From: an uncultured Candidatus Saccharibacteria bacterium
Lineage (GTDB): Bacteria; Patescibacteriota; Andersenbacteria; UBA10190
Length of the DNA: 64,000 nt
Direction of reading: 5' to 3'
Assembly: GCA_964654145.1 (NCBI GenBank)
Contig: CAZZHI010000001.1
Coordinates: forward strand, 9,956 to 73,955
The notes beneath the pieces were generated by a model that had not been told where the DNA came from, searched no databases, and saw only the letters and a list, made by a program, of their open reading frames with translations. Position numbers and translations under genes: made by a program. Positions 29,519 through 38,021 of this stretch are shown here, in pieces; the stretch's first letter is position 1; every line of letters starts with the position of its first letter.

Positions 29519-30826
29519 CTATTTTTGACGAAATTTACTAGGGTTTACAAAGAAGCCTTTTAGGTCTCGGCGACCTAAGATCATGCCGTACTTCATGTGG
29601 GACCTATCAATAAGGGAAACTTCTGTTGTTATATGTTTTTTCCGAAGTATGAGCGATAGCGAGACTACCGGGCGAGTCTGCTTTCCTAGGGCTCCTCGTA
29701 CGCCTTTATGAAGAATGACCGGCTTATCAACGCCTAGCTTTTTAGCAATACTCTCATCGATAGTTGTTCTGTATGCTCCAGTGTCTACTTTTGCCAGAAG
29801 GGGAAATTGCTTGCCTTCATGATCCAAAATAATAACCTGCTCTTCTATTCCGAGGATTGTGTGCCCGGCAATTTCATCAAGTTCCTGCTCAACTTCTGCG
29901 CCAAATAAATGTTTTGCAAGTTGAATTTTCTTTTCAATGCCTTTTAGTTTTAGTCCCTCAACTCGTTGGAGACGCGATTTTAATGGAGCAAGATTTGCGA
30001 ACTGAATATCGAGTCCAGGCCGAGCGTTTACCTCGAGAACGAGAGGCCCATCTTCTCTGTCGATTGCTATATCTACTCCAACGTAATTAAGTCCGCATGC
30101 GAGCGATGCTCGAGAAGCAAGCAACAGTACATCGTCCCATTGCGGGATTTGCAAGCCCGCAATTCGTAGTCGGTTATGTGGCAAAATGTCTACTTGTTGG
30201 CGATGCTGTATTGCGGTTGTGGTGATACCGGTAGCTAAGTCTATGCCAACCCCGATTCCTCCCATATGGAGATTTGCGCGCCCTGCCGACTCCTCTGTTG
30301 GGAGGCGAAGCATGGCCATTACGGGCACCTGGTTATAGAGGATAATGCGAATATCTGGAATGCCTTTAATGCAGTATGGTTTTAAGTCGGCATGTATTTT
30401 AACTCTCTGTTCAAAAAAAGCTGTATCAGGAACATTCCCTTTTGAAAAATCTCCATCAAGGATGTCCATGATATGTTTTCGGAGGTCGGGGATAAAGACT
30501 TCGCTTTTATTTGCTTTTACCCAGTTCCCTTTTTTGTTTCTCCCAAAAATAACAACAATGCCCCCGCCCCCAGATGATGAATTCGGCTTAAGCACGAACG
30601 AGGAGGGGAGTTTCGTCCACCTGAAGTTTTTCAGTTCGGATCTATTTCTTACTATGGAAAATAAGCGGGGGGTGCCAAGACCATTTTTTTGAAGAGCCTT
30701 TTTTGTTGCCAGTTTGTTATTAGCAATACGTATGGATTCAGGGGAGTTTGCTTTTACTATATAGTCAACCATTCGGGAATTCATACCCAAAATATTTTTC
30801 CATTGCTTGTTGATCCACGCCGCCAT
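29519..30826 (-). CDS. RimK-like ATP-grasp ligase fused to a C-terminal retropepsin-like (Zn_protease/DUF785-type) domain
   Basis: The ATP-grasp part has FVLKPNSSSGGGGI, IRIILYN...LHMGG and VGVDIAIDREDGPLVLEVNARPGL. The C-terminal part has LLAKVDTGAYRTTIDESIAKKLG and is 435 aa. Confidence 0.6.
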   Translation of the reverse strand: MAAWINKQWKNILGMNSRMVDYIVKANSPESIRIANNKLATKKALQKNGLGTPRLFSIVRNRSELKNFRWTKLPSSFVLKPNSSSGGGGIVVIFGRNKKGNWVKANKSEVFIPDLRKHIMDILDGDFSKGNVPDTAFFEQRVKIHADLKPYCIKGIPDIRIILYNQVPVMAMLRLPTEESAGRANLHMGGIGVGIDLATGITTTAIQHRQQVDILPHNRLRIAGLQIPQWDDVLLLASRASLACGLNYVGVDIAIDREDGPLVLEVNARPGLDIQFANLAPLKSRLQRVEGLKLKGIEKKIQLAKHLFGAEVEQELDEIAGHTILGIEEQVIILDHEGKQFPLLAKVDTGAYRTTIDESIAKKLGVDKPVILHKGVRGALGKQTRPVVSLSLILRKKHITTEVSLIDRSHMKYGMILGRRDLKGFFVNPSKFRQK

Positions 30827-30844
30827 AATGTATGGAGTATGAAA

Positions 30845-32398
30845 TTATTGAATGTACTGAAGGAGCCGCCTAAAGCGAATATATTCTGTGAGTCGAAGCC
30901 CGCTCCAGCGTCCCAAAAGTATATTAATTGGGATTGCTAGCAATACAATTTCCGGATAAGACACAAATAGTGTTCGAACAATTTGCCAGCTTACGATAAA
31001 GTAGCAGCCAATAGAAAGTGCGAGTGTCCACGCAGTTACGGTTAATGCTTTTTTTGCGCCAGATTTAAACTGAAGCGCAATAAACTCCTCTGCTAGCAAT
31101 GTGAGAATTAAGATAGGGAATATAGAGAATGATGTTAGCGCGGTGTTGTCAGTAGCAACCCCTAATCCAAAGACGAGTAATATGGCCAAGCTTACGCCAG
31201 TAAGCACGAGAGCCATTCGGGGTAAGTAGAGAAGATGTAGTCTTCGCATAGCAAGTCTTGTTATGGTTCCTGACACTAAAATCGCGGAGAAGATGAGAAG
31301 CCCGTAGGGGAGGCCCATTACCAAAAAACTGAGAGTTGTCATCGCTGGGGTTACAAGTCCGAATGCCTTCATTCCAATCACTTGCCTTGAAAACGATAAG
31401 ATCGTTGCAATAACTGGAAGCATTAAAATAAGAGAAATACTGTTGATGGGAATTCCTTTATTTACGAGGTAATTGATTCCAAAAGACATAAAATTGGTAG
31501 GCCCTATATCCGCACTTGTTCGAGCGCTAAACTCTCCTAATAAGCGATGCCCAACAGAAGATGCGATGATTTTTTGTTTGGCAGCTTCTGCGGAAAGTGG
31601 CTCTAGGAGCATGCTTAGGGCGTCGGGTTTTGCCAGTAGGATATAGCTTGGCTGTAACTGATTAAATGCAAATTGAGCGGAAGGTGTGAGTACTCCAAAC
31701 GGAGTTTCTGATAAGATGATGATCCCTTTATCTCGCATCGCAAGATCATTAAACGATATATCGGAAACTTGTCTAATGTGTTGCGCTAATTTTGATAGAA
31801 CGTTTACCCCTACGCTTCCGGAGGTTTGTACAATGATAAGATTTGTTTTCTTGATGGCTTCTCGGGCATCAAGGAGCTGGCTCGTAAGAGCCTCTTCCGT
31901 AACAACTTCGGGGCTGTTTGTTTTTGCGCGAATGGGTATGAGGAGTACCTGTTCTTGGGCTGCCTGCTGTTCGCGGAGTGCTATTTGATCTTCGGGAAAA
32001 GCGTTGTCGATAACAAGCATTGTCACGTGACTAAAGATATGAATTTCTGTAGTGTCTTCGGCTATTGATCCGTCATCTGTTATAAGTGAAAGCCGTACGG
32101 TGTATGTGCCTGCGGATGTGTATGTGTGACTAACGTTTTCTCCGGTTACTCGCGTTCCGTCTCCAAAATTCCAAACAAACTCTTTTGCCGACGATCCTTC
32201 TTTGAGAGAGTAGTTTCCAATAGAAAAATCATTGGATTTACCACTAAACGAGTTGCGTATACCTTGGGCGATATAGACAACGTTTTCAGAAGCGGCTTCC
32301 TCTTGGGCTTGCGCAATATATGCCCCGCTTACTGATGCTGATATAAAGATTGTTAAAAATAGTGTAGTAATTTTTTTCATAGATATTATGTTGCGCAT
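30845..32398 (-). CDS. Secreted PKD-domain protein fused to a C-terminal multi-TM domain (7TM fused to an inactive-transglutaminase-like region candidate)
   Basis: It has a signal peptide (alternative start MKKITTLFL at 32380), a PKD signature (NFGDGTRVTGENVSHTYTSAGTYTVRLSLITDDGS), and about 7 TM helices in the last 220 aa. Confidence 0.55.
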   Translation of the reverse strand: MRNIISMKKITTLFLTIFISASVSGAYIAQAQEEAASENVVYIAQGIRNSFSGKSNDFSIGNYSLKEGSSAKEFVWNFGDGTRVTGENVSHTYTSAGTYTVRLSLITDDGSIAEDTTEIHIFSHVTMLVIDNAFPEDQIALREQQAAQEQVLLIPIRAKTNSPEVVTEEALTSQLLDAREAIKKTNLIIVQTSGSVGVNVLSKLAQHIRQVSDISFNDLAMRDKGIIILSETPFGVLTPSAQFAFNQLQPSYILLAKPDALSMLLEPLSAEAAKQKIIASSVGHRLLGEFSARTSADIGPTNFMSFGINYLVNKGIPINSISLILMLPVIATILSFSRQVIGMKAFGLVTPAMTTLSFLVMGLPYGLLIFSAILVSGTITRLAMRRLHLLYLPRMALVLTGVSLAILLVFGLGVATDNTALTSFSIFPILILTLLAEEFIALQFKSGAKKALTVTAWTLALSIGCYFIVSWQIVRTLFVSYPEIVLLAIPINILLGRWSGLRLTEYIRFRRLLQYIQ

Positions 32399-32841
32399 AA
32401 AGCTGCTGCTAAGGCATCTGCCGCATCGTCTGGGCGAGGGATGTCTGTTAGGCGCAGTTGTTGTTGTACTGCTCGCTGCATTTGTTCTTTTGAAGCTGAC
32501 CCATAGCCTGTAAGGCGAGATTTGATTTGGAGCGGAGTGAGTGTTTGGATCGCGATGTTATGAATTTGCAGTACATATAAAAGAACTCCGCGAATATGGG
32601 CTGTTGTGATTGCTGTTTTTACGTTTGTCCCAAAAAATATCTGCTCTACCACTGCAGCTACGGGTTTGTGTTCTCTGATTATCTGTGTGAGATCTGATGC
32701 AATACTGGCAAGACGATTTTCTAGAGTGTCTGTTGAAGGTGTTGTAATGCACCCGCAACTAATAAATTGGTTTTTTTGAGAAGTGTCTACAATCCCGTAA
32801 CCAGTTCGGGCAATACCCGGATCTAGCCCTAAAATGATCAT
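32386..32841 (-). CDS. ruvC: Crossover junction endodeoxyribonuclease RuvC
   Basis: It has ILGLDPGIARTGYGIV, catalytic acidic residues and an RNase H-like fold pattern, and is 151 aa. Confidence 0.85.
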   Translation of the reverse strand: MIILGLDPGIARTGYGIVDTSQKNQFISCGCITTPSTDTLENRLASIASDLTQIIREHKPVAAVVEQIFFGTNVKTAITTAHIRGVLLYVLQIHNIAIQTLTPLQIKSRLTGYGSASKEQMQRAVQQQLRLTDIPRPDDAADALAAALCAT

Positions 32842-32893
32842 ATGATATATTGTAGGCTATTGGTTCGTATTTGCATACCGCGTAATCTTGCCG

Positions 32894-33427
32894 CTAACAA
32901 TTTCCATAGATGTCGATATTCCCAAATTTGTAAAAATTTCCTTGCCCTATTATGACTTTAGAGTTCTCCATGCAGCTAATTGAGGGGGATGCATGATGAA
33001 AGGTTGTGTGAGTTATCGTGTTAATACTGTTATGCTCGAGAGTAATTCCATTCCAGTTCCTGTTGCGCTCATTGCTCTCGTTAGAGATAAGCAAAATAGA
33101 GTCTTCTTCCGTGCCCAGTGCTTGTAGTGATCCGAAAACTCGTATACCGGCATACTCATCGAAGGCTAATACGGTACCGGGAAGAAGTGTTAATTTCCCT
33201 TCATTTTTTATTGTTATTGTTTCGTGGACGGTTACAATGCCTTGGTTTGGCCCTATGGTAATATGCTCCGTAATGGTGGATGGGAGTATTGAGTTTTGTG
33301 GATGCGCAGGTGTGTGGAATGGTATGTCTTCTGGTTCTTTTGTGGACTGTATGAGGGAATCTATAGAAGAAAGCGCAAGTGCTGATACGAGTGCCGCAGC
33401 AATAACAATAGGGAAGATTGCTTTCAT
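32894..33427 (-). CDS. Secreted hypothetical protein
   Basis: It has a signal peptide (MKAIFPIVIAAALVSALALSS), is 177 aa, and I recognise no family. Confidence 0.45.
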   Translation of the reverse strand: MKAIFPIVIAAALVSALALSSIDSLIQSTKEPEDIPFHTPAHPQNSILPSTITEHITIGPNQGIVTVHETITIKNEGKLTLLPGTVLAFDEYAGIRVFGSLQALGTEEDSILLISNESNERNRNWNGITLEHNSINTITHTTFHHASPSISCMENSKVIIGQGNFYKFGNIDIYGNC

Positions 33428-33604
33428 ACGAATAGGTTATTGCTACGATACCACAATTCTCGTGTAGATAGCTGTAGACATGAGAAGGATAAGTGTCGAG
33501 GAGAAGCGTCGCACTTGCGTACCACAACAACCCGAACTGGGCACAGACCCCACAAAAGCAATGTCTACAGTTATCTAAAAGAGAACCCTCTATCCTAGCG
33601 CGTA

Positions 33605-34636
33605 TTGCCAAAATATGCAAGTATACAGATGACTATGGCTATCGAAGAGGCAAAAACTAGTATCGTTGCCGCAAGCGCAACATATGAGGATGAAACACTT
33701 GATTCTACCTTGCGTCCCAAGTTGCTCGATGATTTTACTGGGCAGTCTCATGTAAAAAAGAGCCTTCGTGTGTTCCTGGAGGCTGCGAAACAGAGGGGCG
33801 ATTCCTTGGAGCATGTGCTCCTAGCTGGCCCTCCTGGGCTCGGAAAGACGAGCCTTGCGTATATTATTGCTCGGGAGTTATCTTCCAATATTCGTGTGAC
33901 TGCTGGCCCTGTTCTTACAAAGGTTGCTGATTTGGCGGCAATTCTTACAAACTTACAAAAAGGTGATGTGTTATTTATCGATGAAATTCATCGTTTACAT
34001 AGGTCTATTGAGGAGGTTCTATATCCTGCAATGGAAAGCTACGCTCTCGATCTTGTTGTAGGGCAGGGCCCTGGGGCTAAAACACTGCGTATCGACCTTC
34101 CTGAATTCACGTTAATTGGAGCTACTACGAGGGTTGGAATGCTCGGGGCGCCTTTACGGGACAGGTTTGGGATGACGTATCGGTTAGAGTTTTATGATGT
34201 AGGGGAAATGAAGAGAATTCTTTCTCGCTCAGCTGAATTGTTGGGCTTAGCTATCGAGGATGCTGCGCTCACTGAGATTGCCGAACGGTGCAGGAGGACG
34301 CCTAGAATTGGCAACCGGCTTCTAAAGAGGGTGAGGGACGTAGCGCAGGTGGGTGGACACAGTGAGGTTACTGTGGATGTTGTGCGGCAAACGTTGTCTT
34401 TGTTAAATATTGATCCAAGGGGGCTTGATGCTTCTGATCGCCTCATACTCTCTACGATTATTGAAAAGTTCCAGGGTGGTCCGGTTGGCTTGCAGACTCT
34501 GGCAATGGTATGTGCGGAGGAGGAGCAAACAATCGAGGATGTTATTGAGCCATTTTTAATCCAGTGCGGGTTTATTGTTCGAACCCCGCGTGGTCGCGAA
34601 GTTACAGATGCCGGATATCAACACATGGAAAAGTAG
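33605..34636 (+). CDS. ruvB: Holliday junction branch migration ATPase RuvB
   Basis: It has a Walker A (GPPGLGKTSLA), a Walker B (LFIDEIHRL), and RuvB-type sensor and winged-helix regions. The true start may be one of the internal Mets (MTMAIEE). Confidence 0.9.
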   Translation: MPKYASIQMTMAIEEAKTSIVAASATYEDETLDSTLRPKLLDDFTGQSHVKKSLRVFLEAAKQRGDSLEHVLLAGPPGLGKTSLAYIIARELSSNIRVTAGPVLTKVADLAAILTNLQKGDVLFIDEIHRLHRSIEEVLYPAMESYALDLVVGQGPGAKTLRIDLPEFTLIGATTRVGMLGAPLRDRFGMTYRLEFYDVGEMKRILSRSAELLGLAIEDAALTEIAERCRRTPRIGNRLLKRVRDVAQVGGHSEVTVDVVRQTLSLLNIDPRGLDASDRLILSTIIEKFQGGPVGLQTLAMVCAEEEQTIEDVIEPFLIQCGFIVRTPRGREVTDAGYQHMEK

Positions 34637-35132
34637 CTGGGGGCCGTACGCAACAGCTGCAAATGCCATAACGGCATCTCGAATTATTTTTTTTGGAATA
34701 TTTATATATTTTCTTTCGAAGCACAATATTGAGGTTGCGCTTATTGCCTTTGTAGTAGCTTGGGGGCTTGATGCAATAGATGGTTTTGTTGCTCGGCGGA
34801 TGGGTGAGGAGAGTGTTTTTGGGTCCCAGCTCGATAAGCTTATAGATCGCATTATTATTATTGGAGCTGTTGTTTGCTTGATTCGGTATGAGTATTTGCC
34901 CGCAATTGCTCTTTTTCTGCTAGTAAAAGATATTGGACTTTCGGTGGCGCTGACTGTTCGCAAGCCTAACGCGCCCTTCCCCTCAGCCGGTATACAGGGT
35001 AAGGCTCTGAGTCTTTTTCAGGGGGTTGCTATACTGTGGCTTATTTTTGGATTACCGTTTCCTCAAATTATTGTCGGTGTAATAGGCCTCTGGGGAGCTT
35101 TTGTTGCTATTTATTACTTAAAGCGGTTGTAA
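34608..35132 (+). CDS. CDP-alcohol phosphatidyltransferase (PgsA-like)
   Basis: It has a DG(x)2AR(x)8G(x)3D-type motif (AWGLDAIDGFVARRMGEESVFGSQLDKLIDR) and multiple TM helices. The track start at 34575 overlaps ruvB, so I took the Met at 34608. Confidence 0.7.
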   Translation: MPDINTWKSSWGPYATAANAITASRIIFFGIFIYFLSKHNIEVALIAFVVAWGLDAIDGFVARRMGEESVFGSQLDKLIDRIIIIGAVVCLIRYEYLPAIALFLLVKDIGLSVALTVRKPNAPFPSAGIQGKALSLFQGVAILWLIFGLPFPQIIVGVIGLWGAFVAIYYLKRL

Positions 35133-35136
35133 GGAT

Positions 35137-36948
35137 ATGATGTTCGGCCCTATACCTCTTCTTTTTATAAGTTTTTGGCCAATTTTAAGGGGTGTTGCAG
35201 CACAGGAAGTTCCAAGGGTCGCCTTAAATGAAGTAATGTGGGCTAAGGCAGAGTATATAGAGTTAGTAAATTACGGTGACGAGGATATTAATCTAAGCGG
35301 CTGGCGTATTGTGCGGCAAAAGCCGGGAGATTCGGAGGAGGACATAGTGCTATTTGGTACTTCTGACGAAGTCTCCGCAAAGCAATATTTTCTTATTGAG
35401 TCAGCAGAGGATGCTACGAGCGTATCTGCAAATAAGATTAAGGGTTCCTTGGGTCTTATCGATGGCGGTGTACTGTTGCGTCTCTATAATTCCGAAGGAG
35501 TTGCAGTTGATACTATAAATCAATTAGGTTCGTGGTTTGCGGGCAAAAATGATGCTGTTGGAGCGTCTATGGAGCGAAACAATCCCTCGGATGACGGAAC
35601 GAGCTCATCGAGCTGGCACACTTCTATTGGGAATAGCAGGGGAAGAATCGGCACTCCTGCCGAAGAAAACAGTCCCAATAGCACGCCGTCCCCAACGCCA
35701 AGTAATACCCCCGCATCTTCTCCGAGCGCAACTCCTTCTACGGTCCCTAGTAGCGTGCCTTCCGTGCCTCCCATTTACTCTGATCGAGTGTATATTAATG
35801 AATTTATACCGAACCCCGCAGGAGATGATGCTGCGGGTGAATTTATTGAACTCTATAACGCTTCTTCGGCGCCGATTGATATATCTGGTTGGATTTTGGA
35901 TGATGTTGAGAACGGGGGCAGCGCTCCTTTTACTATTCCAGAGGGGGCAAGTATACCCGCGAACGGATACGCAGTATTTTCTCGAACCCAAACAAAAATA
36001 TCAATGAACAATGATAGTGATCATGTTAGGTTGGTAAGGCCGGATGGGGTAATTCAAAACGATATCGCGTATCAGGATTTAGGTGATGGTATTTCTTACA
36101 GTAGAGGTACGTCTGGGGATTTTCAAAAAACCTCAATTCCTACTATGGGCGCAGAAAATATTATTCAGACTCCTAAGGATTCTCCTGTAAAAGCAGAGGG
36201 CGGAGAGAGTGGGGAGGATGAAGAAAATTCCCCGACTATTTCTTATGATTTTTCTTCCAAAATATTTATTAATGAAATTTTGCCAAATCCCGAGGGTTCC
36301 GACATAGAACAAGAGTTTATTGAGTTAAAAAGCCACGATACGCAACATATTAATCTTGTGGGTTGGGCACTTGATGATGGAATTGATGGAAGTAGTCCGT
36401 ATAGATTTAGTGAAAAAGATTCTATTGCTCCCGGAAAATTTTTTGTTTTATTTCGTTCTAAAACAAAGCTCGCTCTTAATAATGATGTAGATAGTGTTCG
36501 TCTTATTGATCCGACCGGAAAAATTGTTTCTCATGTTGAGTATGGTGTTGGTATAGTAGAGGGTGCTTCTTATAGTAGGATTGAACGAGATCAGTTTGTT
36601 TGGACCCAAAAACCTACGCCGGGTATAGAGAATACTATTTATGTTCAATCAAAAGATAAGGATTCGCCCGAAAATGAAGTTATCAAAAAATCGACCCCTA
36701 AGCCAAAGGCCCAGTCTCGTGTTCGAGGTCTTGCCGTATCCGTGCCTCGAATATCTCCTTCGCCTACCCCCTTGCTTCCATGGGAGGATCTTACCAATAC
36801 GGCTAAGGCGACAAAAGATCCTAGTAGGGCTTCTTTGGGGAATTCTTTTGGCCCACGGCAAAAAATCTTTATATTCGGGTGGATGGTCGTTGGGTGCGCT
36901 CAATTTTTATCAGGATTATCTCGAAAAGAGGCAATTTGGCAGAAGTAA
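35137..36948 (+). CDS. Secreted protein with three lamin-tail-domain (LTD) repeats and a Ser/Pro/Thr linker
   Basis: Three LTD signatures are present: LNEVMWAKAEYIELVNYGDEDINLSGWRI, INEFIPNPAGDDAAGEFIELYNASSAPIDISGWILDD and INEILPNPEGSDIEQEFIELKSHDTQHINLVGWALDD. Confidence 0.7.
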   Translation: MMFGPIPLLFISFWPILRGVAAQEVPRVALNEVMWAKAEYIELVNYGDEDINLSGWRIVRQKPGDSEEDIVLFGTSDEVSAKQYFLIESAEDATSVSANKIKGSLGLIDGGVLLRLYNSEGVAVDTINQLGSWFAGKNDAVGASMERNNPSDDGTSSSSWHTSIGNSRGRIGTPAEENSPNSTPSPTPSNTPASSPSATPSTVPSSVPSVPPIYSDRVYINEFIPNPAGDDAAGEFIELYNASSAPIDISGWILDDVENGGSAPFTIPEGASIPANGYAVFSRTQTKISMNNDSDHVRLVRPDGVIQNDIAYQDLGDGISYSRGTSGDFQKTSIPTMGAENIIQTPKDSPVKAEGGESGEDEENSPTISYDFSSKIFINEILPNPEGSDIEQEFIELKSHDTQHINLVGWALDDGIDGSSPYRFSEKDSIAPGKFFVLFRSKTKLALNNDVDSVRLIDPTGKIVSHVEYGVGIVEGASYSRIERDQFVWTQKPTPGIENTIYVQSKDKDSPENEVIKKSTPKPKAQSRVRGLAVSVPRISPSPTPLLPWEDLTNTAKATKDPSRASLGNSFGPRQKIFIFGWMVVGCAQFLSGLSRKEAIWQK

Positions 36949-36972
36949 ATAAGGCAGTGTACCCTTACGAGC

Positions 36973-37992
36973 ATGAAACGAGTTGTTGTGCTGGGCGGGG
37001 GGAATGGGACTTCGCGTCTTCTTACTGCTTTAGGGGGGTTATTGCAGGATAAGACCATAGATTCTCTGTACGCCTTAGTGCATATGGCTGATGACGGAGG
37101 ATCCACCGGTAGGTTGCGCGAGCAGTATGATGTGGGTGCAATGGGGGATCTCACGAAGTGCCTTTTAGCTCTTAGTTCATTGCGTGGAGACATTCGAGGC
37201 GATAAGTTTTTACGAGCATTGGAATACAGATTTGAAAATGGCGATTTTGAGGGGCATACGCTCAGGAACGCCTTGCTTACTGCCTTAGAGCTTACCAGTG
37301 ACCTTGATGCTGCAATTGCAACCTTTGCGCGTATTATTCAGGCTCCCAAGCATACAGGGGTTATCCCAACGACCCTCAAGCCTCTTACGCAGCAAGTCGC
37401 GGTTGTTCGAGATGGGGCCCAAGAGCTTTTGGGCAGCGGGCAGCACTTTATTTCTTGGAATGTAGATGTGCAAAAGGACCCTAACTGGAAACCAGAAGAT
37501 ATTCGGGTCCTGTTTAAAGAGCAGGATGCTCAGCTTAATCCTCGTGCAAAAAATGCACTAGAAACAGCAACTCACATTATTATTGCTCCGGGGCATACGT
37601 ATGGATCTATTCTCCCTACACTTTCTTCTCTTTCGCTTGGCAATACCGATGCATTAAAAAATAGTAAAGCCCACATTACTGTTGTGATGACACTTCTTAC
37701 GACTCCATTACATACAGTTGGTTGGACCGGGGAGGATTTTGTGAGGGTATATGAGTCATATTTACATCGTCCTGTTGATGTCGTTATTGCTAACACGGGG
37801 AGAGTTGATATGGACCTTGTTCCTGGGCAGGCGTGGGTTAATTTTTCTTCTGATGCGCATTCGTATAAGCTTGAACGCGCAAATGTGGCAAGAAGGGTTG
37901 AGACTCCTCAGCAGGCCCACGATACTGTTCCGCGCGCAGTTCTTGTGCACGACGATCAAGAAATGAATCGAATATTTAGAGCGTATCTCTAA
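36973..37992 (+). CDS. YvcK/CofD-family (UPF0052, gluconeogenesis-factor-like) protein
   Basis: The N-terminus VVVLGGGNGTSRLLTALGG matches the YvcK-family N-terminal P-loop-like motif. The protein is 339 aa. Confidence 0.55.
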   Translation: MKRVVVLGGGNGTSRLLTALGGLLQDKTIDSLYALVHMADDGGSTGRLREQYDVGAMGDLTKCLLALSSLRGDIRGDKFLRALEYRFENGDFEGHTLRNALLTALELTSDLDAAIATFARIIQAPKHTGVIPTTLKPLTQQVAVVRDGAQELLGSGQHFISWNVDVQKDPNWKPEDIRVLFKEQDAQLNPRAKNALETATHIIIAPGHTYGSILPTLSSLSLGNTDALKNSKAHITVVMTLLTTPLHTVGWTGEDFVRVYESYLHRPVDVVIANTGRVDMDLVPGQAWVNFSSDAHSYKLERANVARRVETPQQAHDTVPRAVLVHDDQEMNRIFRAYL

Positions 37993-38021
37993 GAAAGAAG
38001 AGGGAAATACTATATACTTAC

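Noticed and set aside
33472-33570. 10-bp perfect inverted repeat (ctgtagacat ... atgtctacag) spaced 79 nt apart in the ruvB upstream region.
   Set aside because: By rough expectation, several such 10-bp inverted repeats within 100 nt should occur by chance in 64 kb. I found no tRNA-like or riboswitch-like structure around it.
35537-36007. 156-aa plus-strand ORF and overlapping minus-strand ORFs (35520-35991).
   Set aside because: They are alternative frames within the LTD protein gene, which has clear repeated LTD motifs in its own frame. The Arg/Pro-rich translations are typical of off-frame reads.
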